Below are positions 29,109 to 39,353 of a DNA stretch of 64,000 nucleotides, piece by piece. Source of the DNA: an uncultured Candidatus Rokubacteria bacterium (GTDB lineage: Bacteria > Methylomirabilota > Methylomirabilia > Rokubacteriales > CSP1-6); the NCBI GenBank assembly GCA_963754315.1, contig CAVWFS010000001.1:351885-415884 (forward strand), given 5' to 3'. Position 1 is the first letter of the stretch. Every line of letters begins with the position of its first letter. The notes under the pieces were generated by a model. It saw only the letters and a list, made by a program, of their open reading frames with translations, did no database searches and had not been told where the DNA came from. The position numbers and the translations under genes were made by a program.

Positions 29109-30568
29109 AGGCCGTAGTCCTTCCAGCGGCGCGTCACCAGGGCTTGGATCTCCTCGCTCATGCGGATCTCGTCTGGCCACGGCTGGCTGATGTCGTCCAA
29201 GGGACCCTTCTCGGTGGCGTCGATGCCGAGCTTGCCGCCGAAGCGGTGACGAAGCGCGGCGTGGTCGAGGTCGTCCATGGGCCCGTCGATGAGCATGAGA
29301 TCGCGCCGAGGATCGATGTTGCCGGTGGCGCGCCACGCCACCTCGGAGAGATCGTGCACGTTCACGTGATCGCTGACCACGACGATGGTCTTGGCGAGCA
29401 TCATCAGGCCCATCCCCCAGAGCGCGCTCATCACCTTGCGCGCGTGGCCGGGGTAGCGCTTGCGGATAGCGACGATGACGAGGTTGTGGAACACGCCCTC
29501 GGCCGGCATGTTCATGTCCACCACCTCGGGCAGCATGAGCTTGATGATGGGCAGGAACAGCCGTTCGGTGGCCTTGCCGAGCCAGTAGTCCTCCTGCGGC
29601 GGACGTCCAACCAGGGTGGCCGGGTAGATCGGACGCGCGCGGCGGGTGACCGCCGTGAGGTGGAACACCGGATAGTCACGGGCGAGCGAGTAATAGCCCG
29701 TGTGGTCGCCGAAGGGACCCTCGAGCCGTTGTTCGCCAGGATCGACGTAGCCCTCCAGCACGATCTCCGCCTCGGCCGGCACCTCGAGGTCGACCGTGCG
29801 GCAGGAGACAAGCTCGACACCGCTGCCGCGCAGCCAGCCCGCGAAGACCACCTCGTCCACTCCCGGCGGCAGCGGCGCCGATGCCGCGTAGATCATGGCC
29901 GGGTCGCCGCCGAGAGTGATGGCCACCGGCATGCGTGCCGACGCGGGGCCACGAGCCTCGCCGGCGACCCGCTGGTGCTCGGCCCCGCCCTTGTGGGTCT
30001 GCCAGTGCATGCCGAGCGTCTGGTCGTCGAAGACTTGAAGGCGGTACATCCCGACGTTGCGCGCCCCCGTGCGCGGGTCACGTGTGAACACGCCGGGCAG
30101 GGTGATGTAGCGGCCGCCGTCGTCCGGCCAGCACCGGAGGGCCGGGATGTCTGCCAGCGACGGTCGCGCCGTCTCGACCACCTCCTGGCACGGCCCCGTG
30201 CTCACGCGCCGGGGCCCGGCCTTCGCGATGTCGATGAAGCTTCCAAGCTTCTTCAGCTTTTCGGCAAACGTGCCAGGCATCTTGAGGTCGAGAAGCCTGG
30301 CGAGCCGCTCGCCCAGCTCGTCCAGACGCTCGACGCCGAGCGCGCAGGCCATGCGCTCCGACGAGCCGAACGCGTTGATGAGCACAGGCATCTCGAAGCC
30401 GTCTACCTGCTCGAAGAGGAGGGCGACGTTCCCGGCGGGCGGGCCCTTCGAGACGCGGTCGACAATCTCGCTGATCTCGAGATCGCGCGCCACACGCGCG
30501 CCGATGCGCTTGAGTTGCCCTCGCTTCTCGAGCAGTGCCACGAATTCCTGGAGGTTGCGCGCGACCAT
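29105..30568 (-). CDS. ubiD: UbiD-family decarboxylase (menaquinone biosynthesis, MqnL-like)
   Basis: RNVGMYRLQV, EIVLEG, EGPFGDHTGYY, KRYPGHA, GIDAT. Confidence 0.93.
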   Translation of the reverse strand: MVARNLQEFVALLEKRGQLKRIGARVARDLEISEIVDRVSKGPPAGNVALLFEQVDGFEMPVLINAFGSSERMACALGVERLDELGERLARLLDLKMPGTFAEKLKKLGSFIDIAKAGPRRVSTGPCQEVVETARPSLADIPALRCWPDDGGRYITLPGVFTRDPRTGARNVGMYRLQVFDDQTLGMHWQTHKGGAEHQRVAGEARGPASARMPVAITLGGDPAMIYAASAPLPPGVDEVVFAGWLRGSGVELVSCRTVDLEVPAEAEIVLEGYVDPGEQRLEGPFGDHTGYYSLARDYPVFHLTAVTRRARPIYPATLVGRPPQEDYWLGKATERLFLPIIKLMLPEVVDMNMPAEGVFHNLVIVAIRKRYPGHARKVMSALWGMGLMMLAKTIVVVSDHVNVHDLSEVAWRATGNIDPRRDLMLIDGPMDDLDHAALRHRFGGKLGIDATEKGPLDDISQPWPDEIRMSEEIQALVTRRWKDYGL

Positions 30569-30575
30569 CGACGGG

Positions 30576-31079
30576 TCAGTCGTGGTGGAAGACGGAGATG
30601 AGCCAGCCGGCCAGCACGGGGAAGGCGAAGCTCGACAGGACGCGCACGCCGACGAAGGGCCAGCCCATGAGGGGCGCCTCCCAGGAGATGATCCGCTGCA
30701 GCCCGAAGAGTGACCATGCGGTCATGTAGGCCACCAGCGGTGGGAGGGCGGCCCCCGAGTTGGCGAGGACGACCAGGAGGGGCACGGTGACCATGGGCCC
30801 ACCCGGGGTCAGCATGCCGATAACGGACGCGATGACGATTGCCTTGAACCCGCCCTCGCGCCCGAAATAGCGGGCCACGAGGTCGGCTGGAATGACCACC
30901 TGGAGTAACCCGGCCAGGATGATGGCCGGAACCATGCGGGGAAGGACGAACCAGAGCATCTGCACCCCGTTGCGAGCGCCAATCATGGGAAGGCTCGGAT
31001 CCTTGACGTAGGCGACGATGGCCATGGCGACCGCCAGGATTGTCAAGACGACGATCGATAGATCGATGGGCAGCCGCAT
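30576..31079 (-). CDS. Small permease (DUF318-like)
   Basis: GMLTPGGP, AYMTAWSL; hydrophobic; GAGGAG RBS. Confidence 0.75.
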   Translation of the reverse strand: MRLPIDLSIVVLTILAVAMAIVAYVKDPSLPMIGARNGVQMLWFVLPRMVPAIILAGLLQVVIPADLVARYFGREGGFKAIVIASVIGMLTPGGPMVTVPLLVVLANSGAALPPLVAYMTAWSLFGLQRIISWEAPLMGWPFVGVRVLSSFAFPVLAGWLISVFHHD

Positions 31080-31168
31080 CGGGACTCCTCTTTCTGGATC
31101 GACGGCCCCGATTATGTCACCGCGTAACGTTATTGACAGCATCGTAACGTGCGCGTAGAGAAGATGGG

Positions 31169-31441
31169 GTGACGAAGGCAGACCTCGTCTCCATCATGGC
31201 CAAAGCGTCGGGGAGCTCCAAGGCATCGGCAGAGAAGGCTGTGAATGTTTTTCTCACCTGCGTGCTGGAGGCGATGCGCCGCCGGGAGCGGGTGACCATC
31301 AGCGGGTTCGGAACGTTCGTGGTGACTCGCCGCGCCGCCCGCAACGGTCGCAACCCCCGCACGGGGCGGGAAATCACGATCCCGCCGGCCCGGGTACCCC
31401 GATTCCGGCCAAGCCGGGTGCTGAAGTCGGCGCTACGCTGA
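31169..31441 (+). CDS. hup: HU-family DNA-binding protein
   Basis: MTKADLV...ISGFGTF...RNGRNPRTG...VPRFRPS. Confidence 0.95.
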   Translation: MTKADLVSIMAKASGSSKASAEKAVNVFLTCVLEAMRRRERVTISGFGTFVVTRRAARNGRNPRTGREITIPPARVPRFRPSRVLKSALR

Positions 31442-31477
31442 GTTGTGGTACTGTTGATCGTCGCCTCGCGGAGAAGG

Positions 31478-31551
31478 TGGGGGATCGTCTAGGGGTAGGA
31501 CGCCAGGTTCTGGCCCTGGTAGCGGGGGTTCGAATCCTCCTCCCCCAGCCA
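31478..31551 (+). tRNA. tRNA-Gln (anticodon CTG)
   Basis: Acceptor stem TGGGGGA/TCCCCCA; anticodon arm ccagg-ttCTGgc-cctgg; GGTTCGAATCC; encoded CCA. Confidence 0.96.
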
Positions 31552-31587
31552 CTTCCCGCTGACCGCGTCGGCGCGACGTCGGTAGAC

Positions 31588-31663
31588 GGCCCCATCGTCT
31601 AGAGGCCCAGGACACGGCCCTCTCAAGGCTGAAACGGGGGTTCGAATCCCCCTGGGGCCACCA
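31588..31663 (+). tRNA. tRNA-Glu (anticodon CTC)
   Basis: GGCCCCA/TGGGGCC; cggcc-ctCTCaa-ggctg; GGTTCGAATCC; CCA. Confidence 0.96.
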
Positions 31664-31906
31664 GTTCTAGGCGCACTTGTCGATGACACTTCAAGTAGTC
31701 CTTGAGCGTCAGAATCGGCGAACAGACTCCAGGCAGCTCGCGTGCTGCGAGCCGATGCGAGCTCCTTGTTGGGCGTCACCGTCGGCCCCGGGCTACTTGG
31801 CCTGCAGCGTGGCGACGAGGAACTCTTTGATTGCCTAGGGGATCGTCGGCGATCGTCGTTCCGCGTGCGACGCACGGGTCGCTGGCGTAGGTGAATGAGT
31901 AGTGAC

Positions 31907-31974
31907 GCCCAACGCGCCCGTTGATCGGCCGCGGCGAGCGAAGGCGAGCCAGCGGTCCGGAACGTGTGTTGGGC
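31907..31974 (-). other. Integron attC-like recombination site
   Basis: GCCCAAC...GTTGGGC ends with imperfect internal dyad, 16 nt after the stop of the PstS-like gene; homologous half-site at 32890-32931. Confidence 0.72.
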
Positions 31975-31990
31975 AGGCAAGCCTCCCAAC

Positions 31991-32818
31991 TCACTTCACC
32001 GGCACCGCACCATTAGCGACGATGACTGCCTCGCCGGCGGAACTACGAACGAACTCAATGAACATGGCGACAGCCGGAGGTGGCGTCGCCTTCGTAACCA
32101 GGAATGAGTCTCGCGTGAGCACGTAGGTCTTGCGTGCTACGTTGTCCACGTTGGGAGTGATTCCGTTCAGCGACACGGCCCTGATCTGCCCTCGGCTCTG
32201 CTCCACGACGGTGGCTGTCGTCATTCCGACAGCACCGACGGTAGCGGCGAGCTCCTTCGCCATATCCCCAGATCTGGGCATCACCTTCACGCCGTCGGGC
32301 ATCTTCAGGTCTTTCAAGCACGCGATCTTGTCCCTGACGACCTCGGTGTCCACCTCCGAGTCGGGCCGGGTGCTGGGCGCGATAGCGATGTCGGGCCCCC
32401 CGAGCGCCTTCCAGCTGGTGACCCTGCCTGCGTATATCTCACAGACCTGGGCATCCGTGAGGTTCGCCACGGGCACGCTCGCGTTCACACCGAAGACGAC
32501 CGCCACCTTGGCGATTTCGTGCACCGCCATGCCTCGCTGGCGCAGCTCCTCACCAACCAAGCCATGGCTGGCCAGGGCGATGTCGATCTTTCCCTCTTCC
32601 AGGGCCTGCAAGCGCGCCTTCGCTCCCAGTCCCTTGCCGATCTCCACCACCGCGGCTGGATGGCGTTCTCGATACGCCTTGGCGAGCGCCGCCACCAACG
32701 GCATCACCCCGGTCGACCCATCAACGGCGATCCTCTCGCTCGTTGACGCGGGGTGGGAAGCTGCCAGCGTAAGGCCGAGCACCAGCGCGCTGATACCGCA
32801 TACCCATCGAAGTCGCAT
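31991..32818 (-). CDS. PstS-like phosphate/anion substrate-binding protein (PBP2), cassette-borne
   Basis: IAVDGSTGVMPL, IDIALASH, IYAGRVTSWKALGGPD; signal peptide. Confidence 0.82.
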   Translation of the reverse strand: MRLRWVCGISALVLGLTLAASHPASTSERIAVDGSTGVMPLVAALAKAYRERHPAAVVEIGKGLGAKARLQALEEGKIDIALASHGLVGEELRQRGMAVHEIAKVAVVFGVNASVPVANLTDAQVCEIYAGRVTSWKALGGPDIAIAPSTRPDSEVDTEVVRDKIACLKDLKMPDGVKVMPRSGDMAKELAATVGAVGMTTATVVEQSRGQIRAVSLNGITPNVDNVARKTYVLTRDSFLVTKATPPPAVAMFIEFVRSSAGEAVIVANGAVPVK

Positions 32819-32931
32819 GGCACACCCTTCCTCAAGCATCGACGGTCTCATCAACACCGAGTTCAGTTTCACTTCGGTGCCGTCGTGCTGTCCAACGCTC
32901 ACGCTGAGCAGCCGCGGCGAGCGAATGCAAG

Positions 32932-33426
32932 GGTACAAACTGGGTACATAGGTAACAGATTAGACCGGGAACATGGGTAACACCGCCTAGGGTGTTCAGC
33001 GGGAGGTGAACATGCCCTGGGCGGAGACGGAACCCATGAAAGAGCGGATGCGATTCGTGGCGGAGGCCGAACGTGGGCTGTACTCCATGACGGAACTGTG
33101 TGGGCGCTATGGCATCAGCCGCCCGACCGACTACAAGTGGCTCGCTCGATACGAGGCGAACGGGCCGGCGGGCTTGACGGAGCGGAGCCGTGCTCCGCAT
33201 CACTGCCCTGGTGCCGCCGGAGCTCGAGCACCCTGGCCATCATCTGGTGCGGCTGGTCGGCTCGGCGGGGACGATTGGCTTCCGGGGCCGTCAGGTCTTC
33301 CTGAGCCGAGCACTCGAGGACGAGTACGTCGGGCTGGAAGAGAGTGGCGACGGGATCTGGTCGGTGCACTTCGCCAATTTCTTGCTCGGCAAATTCTCCG
33401 AGCGGGACTTTCGGATCTGTTCCTAA
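32932..33426 (+). mobile_element. IS481-like element remnant: left end plus internally deleted transposase
   Basis: End repeats gggtacataggtaaca / gggaacatgggtaaca; MPWAETEPMKERMRF...ELCGRYGISRPT.YKWLARY is fused to the C-terminal VFLSRALEDEYVGLEE. Confidence 0.75.
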
Positions 33427-33659
33427 CGGGGCCCTGAGGGAGATGTCACGGTATGCCCGAGCTCGCCAACGTCGCTCTATGAGGCTGAGCGCAACACGTC
33501 GGATGCGACGACAGGGAGCATCGCCAGCGTGGATCGATTCCGGCCTCGCCGGGGTCCGCCCGGTGATGACGCGTTGCGCGCGGCTCGACAACGCACGAAC
33601 GCAAGGGGAGCCGCTACCAGGGTATCCCCCAGAAACCGACGGAGGTGCGGTAGGCGACC

Positions 33660-33939
33660 ACTTGACGACGCGGCGCGTTCAGATATGGCGAAGGACACGG
33701 CCTTCAAGCCCACCGTGGCGAACTTGCAGGGCTACGCCGATGCGGTCCGGCAGAAAAGTCTCGCGGTGTTAAAAGCCCTTTCGCCGGCCGACCTAGAACG
33801 GGAACTCCCGGCGCCAGGTGGTGGCACCAGAAAGGTGGGCGACTTTCTGGGCATCATCATGATCGATCACTTCCACCACAGCGGCCAGATTGCCTATCTG
33901 CGTGGTTATTTGACGGGCAAGGGATGGTTTCCACGGTAA
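33660..33939 (+). pseudogene. DinB-family protein, C-terminal fragment
   Basis: LSPADLERE...IDHFHHSGQIAYLRG. Confidence 0.65.
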
Positions 33940-33953
33940 AGCGTAAGCCTCCC

Positions 33954-34205
33954 TGTCCCGGTCAAAAAGGTAATCCGAGCCGGCGAAGCCGCGCGCTGGT
34001 AGTTACCGAGACTCTGGCGAGGCCGCGCAACGTTGTAGTACGCGAGGTACGTCCGCGCACGCGACGCAGGTGGCGTTCTTTGAGCACGACGACGAGGTCG
34101 AGGCATTCGCGATGCGATGACGACCGGGCGAATGCTCAGGCGCTCGAACCCGGCGCTGGAAATCAGTGCCGTAGATGGTATCGCGATCGGGAGCAGGTAG
34201 GCTCG
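33954..34205 (-). mobile_element. Fragment of integrase-core (rve) transposase with terminal repeat
   Basis: DRDTIYGTDFQRRV, YLAYYNVARPRQSLG; end TGTCCCGGTCAAAAA. Confidence 0.6.
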
Positions 34206-34540
34206 TGGCTGTGCACAAGCGCCCGACCGAGGTCGACCACTTGATAGGCTCGGTGATCGACGAGGGTCGGGAGCACGGTATCGCGATGCCTCTGAACCAG
34301 CGCCTCGTCGCACAGGTGAAGACTGCGAGCGCGTGCATCTCGCCGGGTCGTCTGCGGGCGGTGTCATCGCCCAGCAGGCGGCCATCACCTACGCCGGGCG
34401 CGTACAGGCCTGGGAGGTCCTGCGCGACCGCATCCAAGACGTGGAGTCCGTCGTCTACGACGGCCTGCCGCACAACATCACGGATGCCGCGCCCGAAACT
34501 GTGCGCCGAGGACCGGCGACGCTTTCTCGTGAAGTGCACG
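34206..34540 (+). pseudogene. Mosaic of ketopantoate-reductase and alpha/beta-hydrolase paralog fragments
   Basis: KRPTEVDHLIG...HGIAMPLN matches the gene at 36193-37236; HLAGSSAG and VVYDGLPHNITDA match the gene at 39796-40605. Confidence 0.75.
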
Positions 34541-34634
34541 CCGCCTCGCCTCCGGTGACGGTGCCTTCAGGAACGAGGGTGGACACGACATCGTCCGGCA
34601 CGTCGATTCCGGCTGGGGGCATGCCCTCTTCCCG

Positions 34635-36185
34635 TTAGACCCCCAGCGTCGCCTCGTGGAACAGGAGATATTCGTCGCGGCGGCCGGCGGCCCACTTGAG
34701 GCGCTTGTTGATGGCATTGATGTCGGGCTGCTCGAGGAGCCAGATCCATGGGCACTCCTCCCAGACGATCTCCTGCGCGCGCAAGAGGGCAGCTCGCACC
34801 CGGGTCTCGTCGAAGCTCTCGCGCTCCTCGCTGATCAGGCGATCGACCTCGGGGTTGGAGTACAGGGTGCGCTTGACGGCGCCGGAGTGGAAGTGGTCGC
34901 CCATGAGCTGGTCGGGCTCGCCGGTGATGACGCCCCAGCCGAACATGAAGCCGTCGTACTTGGACTTCTCGTACTTGGTGACCTCGTTGACGAAGCTCGA
35001 CCACAGCGGGCTCTCGAACTTCACCTGGAGGCCGATGACCTCGAGGTAGCCGGCGATCGCCTCGCCCACCTGTTTGTCGAGCAGGTACCGGCCGTTGGGC
35101 ACGCCGAGAAAGAACGGCGCGCCCGACGCCCCGGCCTCCGCGAGCAGCTTCTTCGCGCGCTCCGGATCATACGGGTAGGGGGGCAGGCTCGGATGCGAGG
35201 CGAAGACGGCGCTGGGCAGCGGCGCCTTGGCGATCGGCGCCATCCCGCCCATGATGCCCTTGCTCAGGGCCTCGCGGTCGATGGCGTAGTTCAGCGCCTG
35301 GCGCACGCGCTTGTCGTTGAAGGGCTTGCGGTCCGTGCGCAGGGCGATGAAGGTCACGCGGTTGGTGGGCGAGGTGAGGATCTGCAGACTCGGGTTCGCG
35401 CGCAGGCGCGGGATCTGGTCCGGGGGGACATTGTTGACTACCATGACCTCGCCCGCCTCGAGGGCGGCCAGGCGGGTGCCGTTCTCGGGGATGAACCGGA
35501 AGCGGATCTGCGAGAACGCGGGCTTCTTGCCCCAATAGCCGGGATGCGACTGCATGACCACGTGCTGGCCCGGCCGGTACTCGACGAACTTCATGGCGCC
35601 GGTGCCGACGGGGTTGGTGGGAAAGCGATCGCCCAGCTCGCGAAACGCGCGGGGCGAGAGGGCCATGGCGGAGGTCGTGTTGCGCAGCAGCGGCCGGTTC
35701 GGACGCTCGGTGACGAGATCGATGATGTAGGGATCCACCATGCGGTACTCGCGGATCACGCCGATGCGGTTCTTCCAAGGCGAGCGCGAGGTGGGCGCGG
35801 CGTACTGCTCCAGCGAGAACTTGACGGATTCCGCGGTGAAGTCTTCCCCGTTGTGGAACTTGATGCCCTTGCGCAGCTGCCAGCGGAGCACAGTGGGCGA
35901 GGCCTGCTCCCACTTTGTCACCAGCCACGGGACGGGATTGGTCCGCTCGTCGCGGAAGACGAAGCCGTCGAACATGTGCGAGAAGATCGACCACCCAGGG
36001 CCGCCCGCCTCGACCCGGGGATCGAGGTGGCCCGGGTCGAGCGACAGGCCGACCACGAGCTCCGGTCCCTGGGCCCGCGCGGGGTCGGTGGGGAATCCGC
36101 TCAGGACGGCGGCCCCGCCGGCAGCGGCGAGCTTCAGCATCTCGCGTCGAGTCACGCGCATCCGTGTGGTCATGAGTGTCGTCAC
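34635..36185 (-). CDS. Family 5 (peptide/nickel-type) ABC substrate-binding protein, Tat signal
   Basis: TRREMLK; LRKGIKFHNGEDFTA, PVGTG, VRQALNYAID. Confidence 0.92.
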   Translation of the reverse strand: MTTLMTTRMRVTRREMLKLAAAGGAAVLSGFPTDPARAQGPELVVGLSLDPGHLDPRVEAGGPGWSIFSHMFDGFVFRDERTNPVPWLVTKWEQASPTVLRWQLRKGIKFHNGEDFTAESVKFSLEQYAAPTSRSPWKNRIGVIREYRMVDPYIIDLVTERPNRPLLRNTTSAMALSPRAFRELGDRFPTNPVGTGAMKFVEYRPGQHVVMQSHPGYWGKKPAFSQIRFRFIPENGTRLAALEAGEVMVVNNVPPDQIPRLRANPSLQILTSPTNRVTFIALRTDRKPFNDKRVRQALNYAIDREALSKGIMGGMAPIAKAPLPSAVFASHPSLPPYPYDPERAKKLLAEAGASGAPFFLGVPNGRYLLDKQVGEAIAGYLEVIGLQVKFESPLWSSFVNEVTKYEKSKYDGFMFGWGVITGEPDQLMGDHFHSGAVKRTLYSNPEVDRLISEERESFDETRVRAALLRAQEIVWEECPWIWLLEQPDINAINKRLKWAAGRRDEYLLFHEATLGV

Positions 36186-36192
36186 CCGCCGC

Positions 36193-37236
36193 TCAGCGCG
36201 GCCCGATCGCGGCGCCGTACAGCTGCGCGCGAGCCTTCTCGAGCTCGTCCAGGTTGTGCAGGCCGCGCGACCGGTGTCCCGCCTCGATCTCCTTCACCTG
36301 GCGCACGAGGTGCTCGTTAAGAGGCATGGCCATCCCGTGCTTGCGCCCCTCGGCGATCACCCAGCCGACCATGTGGTCCACCTCGGTGGGCCGCTTGCGG
36401 ACGGCCAGGTCGCGCCACGGTCCCGAGCGGACCTTGACCCGCGGCCGGCAGAAGGCGGCGAAGCGGTCGAGCACCGCGCGCGCCTCCTCCACCTCCGCCG
36501 GCGTCTTCGGGCGCAGCTTGAGCGGGTCGAACTCGTCGAACTTGTGCAGACGAATCCCGGCCGCCTGCGCCACGCTCACGCCCTCGCCCACGAGCGCGAT
36601 GAGCACGGGCTGGTAGCGCTTGTCGCCGAAGACGTCGGCGAACATCTCGTCGGTGACGGCCTGGGCGAAGAGGAGCGAGCAGTCGATCTGCTTGGCCCAG
36701 AGGTAGCCGAAGATATTGTCGGTGATGTGGGCACCGACGGCGTGGGCGATGAGCCGCTGGATCCTCGACAGGCGTTCGGTGATGCGCCCGTCCAGCTCGC
36801 CCACCCAGATGTGGCCGGCGCCGCCGTGTTCGATGTGCCCGGGCTCCTGCCAGTCGGCGGGGAAGCTGACGAAGGCCGCCACCACGCGCTCGGCCCCCAG
36901 GCGCACGGCAAGGCGCGGCGGGTTCATGCCGTTCTGCAGCGACACGACGACGGTCTCGGGGCCGGCGAGCGGCGTAAGCACGTCGAGGGCGGCCTCGGTG
37001 TCCTGGGACTTCACGGCCAGGAACGTGACCCCGAGCGGGCCCCGCAGATCGGCGGGCAGGCAGGCGCGCACGCGCACGGTGAAGTTGTCGAAGCCGCTGA
37101 TGCGCAGCCCCTTGTCGTTCATGGCTTGGACGTGCTCGGGGACCTTGTCCACCAGGAGGACGTCCTCGCCCGCGCGGGCCATGCACGCCCCCACCAGCCC
37201 TCCGATGGCCCCGGCTCCGTAGATTGTGATGCTCAT
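36193..37236 (-). CDS. Ketopantoate-reductase (PanE/ApbA) family oxidoreductase
   Basis: MSITIYGAGAIG, FLAVKS, SLQNG, RPTEVD. Confidence 0.88.
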   Translation of the reverse strand: MSITIYGAGAIGGLVGACMARAGEDVLLVDKVPEHVQAMNDKGLRISGFDNFTVRVRACLPADLRGPLGVTFLAVKSQDTEAALDVLTPLAGPETVVVSLQNGMNPPRLAVRLGAERVVAAFVSFPADWQEPGHIEHGGAGHIWVGELDGRITERLSRIQRLIAHAVGAHITDNIFGYLWAKQIDCSLLFAQAVTDEMFADVFGDKRYQPVLIALVGEGVSVAQAAGIRLHKFDEFDPLKLRPKTPAEVEEARAVLDRFAAFCRPRVKVRSGPWRDLAVRKRPTEVDHMVGWVIAEGRKHGMAMPLNEHLVRQVKEIEAGHRSRGLHNLDELEKARAQLYGAAIGPR

Positions 37237-37760
37237 CGCATCCGTGTCTCCTCTGTCGGTGAAATGTCGAACTCCGTCGCCCAGCGCGCCCGGAGGGCGG
37301 CGATCAACTTCGTTCTCTCCAGCAGGGTGGCGTCGGAAGACCCCCTTGTAGAAGCGAAAGTGATGCGATGCTACGCTGCGGGTCCGAGACGCGTCAACGT
37401 TCCCGGCGTGACGCCTGTCGGTAGCGCCTGACCATGGCTTGGAGATACTCGCGTTTCGCCTGAACACTCACGACGTAGGGCTCCTCTGGCTTGGGCCCGG
37501 CCAAAAGTTATATCGTAAATGGCGTGACGATTCTCGCTCGGTAACATCTTAGACGGCGCGATAAGCGACCTTGACGCCGCGCGGAAAACCCAGATACGTT
37601 GGTCGGCTCGTCGCCCGGCGAGCGGATGCACGAGGGGGAGACCGACCGGGTGCGCACGGACCGAACGCCCCTCCGGCGACAAGCGGTACTGGCGGGCGAT
37701 GGACGGCCCCATCGACAAGAGGCATGAGAGGGCCGATCAAGGCAGAAGAGGAGGGCAGCC

Positions 37761-39353
37761 ATGGCTAGCGGTCAGGGGCGCGGGAAGACGGGCGGCACGC
37801 AGGCAGGGTTGAACCGGCGAGGCCTTCTGCGCGGGGCGGGCGCCTCGGCTGGGGCGGCGGCGCTGGGCGCATTGCCCGGGGTTGGGGCGGCGGCCCCGGG
37901 GGTGATCAAGCCGACGCCGGAGCTGGTCGTGGCGTTCTCGGTGGATCCCGGGCACTTCGACCCAAGGGTCGAGGCAGGGGTGCCCGGCTTCTCGATGATG
38001 TACCCGCACATGTACGAGACCATCGTCTGGCGCCGGAAGGACATCGCCCCCGACCCGAGCCTCTCGCTGGCCGAGCGCTGGGACCAGGTCAATCCGACCA
38101 CCCTGCGCCTTCGCCTGCGCCGGGGCGTGAAGTTCCACAACGGCGAGGAGTTCGATGGCGAGGCGGTCAAGTTGACCAACGCCCTGTTCACTGCCCCTGA
38201 TTCGAAGTTCCCGGTCAAGTCGTCGATGATGGTAACGCGAGAGGTCCGGATCGTCGACAAGTACACCGTCGAGTTCCTGACCTCGACGCCCAGCCGGCCC
38301 CTGCTCCGCATCCTCGAGTTCCAGGCGATGATGTCCCCGCGCGCGCTGAAGGAGCTTGGCCCCAGGATCGCGACGAACCCGGTGGGGACCGGCCCATACA
38401 AGTTCGTGGAGTACCTGCCCGGCCAGCACATCCTGATGGAGGCGAACCCGCAATACTGGGGGCCCAAGCCCAAGTCGACCCGCCTCAAGATCCGCTTCAT
38501 CCCGGAGAACGGTACCCGGATGGCGGCCCTGGAGGCGGGCGAGGTGCAGATGGTCACCAACGTGCCGCCCGATAGCATCAAACGGCTCCAGGCCAATCCG
38601 CAGCTGGAGATGCGCACATCGGTGACCAACCGCATCATGTTCGTCACGCTGCGCACTGACAGGGCGCCGTGGACGGACAAGCGCGCCCGTCAAGCCCTCA
38701 ACTACGCAATCGACAAAGACGCCATCACCAAGGGCATCCTGGGCGGCCTGGCGCCCATCGCCCAAGCTCCTCTGCCCCCAGCGGTCTTCGGGTCGCATCC
38801 CGGGCTGAAAGCGTACCCGTACGACCCGGCCAGGGCCAAGCAGTTGCTGGCCGAGGCCGGCGCGGCCGGCGCCACGTTTCACCTCGGGGTGCCGAACGGC
38901 CGCTACCTCTTGGACAAGCAGATCGGCGAGGCGATCGCCGGGTACCTGACCAGCGTGGGGCTCAAGGTCGAGCTCGAGACCCCGACCTGGAGCTCGTTCG
39001 TGACCGAGATCTCCAAGTTCGACAAGGCCAAGTACGACGGCTACTTCTTCGGCTGGGGAGTGGTGACGGGCGAGCCGGACATGCTGATGCGCGAGCACTT
39101 CCATTCCAAGTTCACGCGACGCAACGCCTACCGGAACCCGGAGGTGGACCGGTTGGTGGACGAGGCGGCCGAAAGCTTCGACGAGGTCAAGGTGAAGGCG
39201 GCGTACTTCAAATCCCAGGAAATCGTATGGGAGGAGTGCCCGTGGATCTTCCTGCACTTGCAGCCCGACCTGAACGCGGTTAACAGACGGCTGCAGGGGT
39301 TTGAGGCCCGACCCGACGAGTGGCTGATCCTGACAGGGGCTTACCTGACGTAG
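37761..39353 (+). CDS. Family 5 ABC substrate-binding protein, Tat signal; close paralog of 34635-36185
   Basis: NRRGLL; shares DPGHxDPRVEAG, LGVPNGRYLLDKQ, FGWGV.TGEPD, QEIVWEECPWI. Confidence 0.92.
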   Translation: MASGQGRGKTGGTQAGLNRRGLLRGAGASAGAAALGALPGVGAAAPGVIKPTPELVVAFSVDPGHFDPRVEAGVPGFSMMYPHMYETIVWRRKDIAPDPSLSLAERWDQVNPTTLRLRLRRGVKFHNGEEFDGEAVKLTNALFTAPDSKFPVKSSMMVTREVRIVDKYTVEFLTSTPSRPLLRILEFQAMMSPRALKELGPRIATNPVGTGPYKFVEYLPGQHILMEANPQYWGPKPKSTRLKIRFIPENGTRMAALEAGEVQMVTNVPPDSIKRLQANPQLEMRTSVTNRIMFVTLRTDRAPWTDKRARQALNYAIDKDAITKGILGGLAPIAQAPLPPAVFGSHPGLKAYPYDPARAKQLLAEAGAAGATFHLGVPNGRYLLDKQIGEAIAGYLTSVGLKVELETPTWSSFVTEISKFDKAKYDGYFFGWGVVTGEPDMLMREHFHSKFTRRNAYRNPEVDRLVDEAAESFDEVKVKAAYFKSQEIVWEECPWIFLHLQPDLNAVNRRLQGFEARPDEWLILTGAYLT

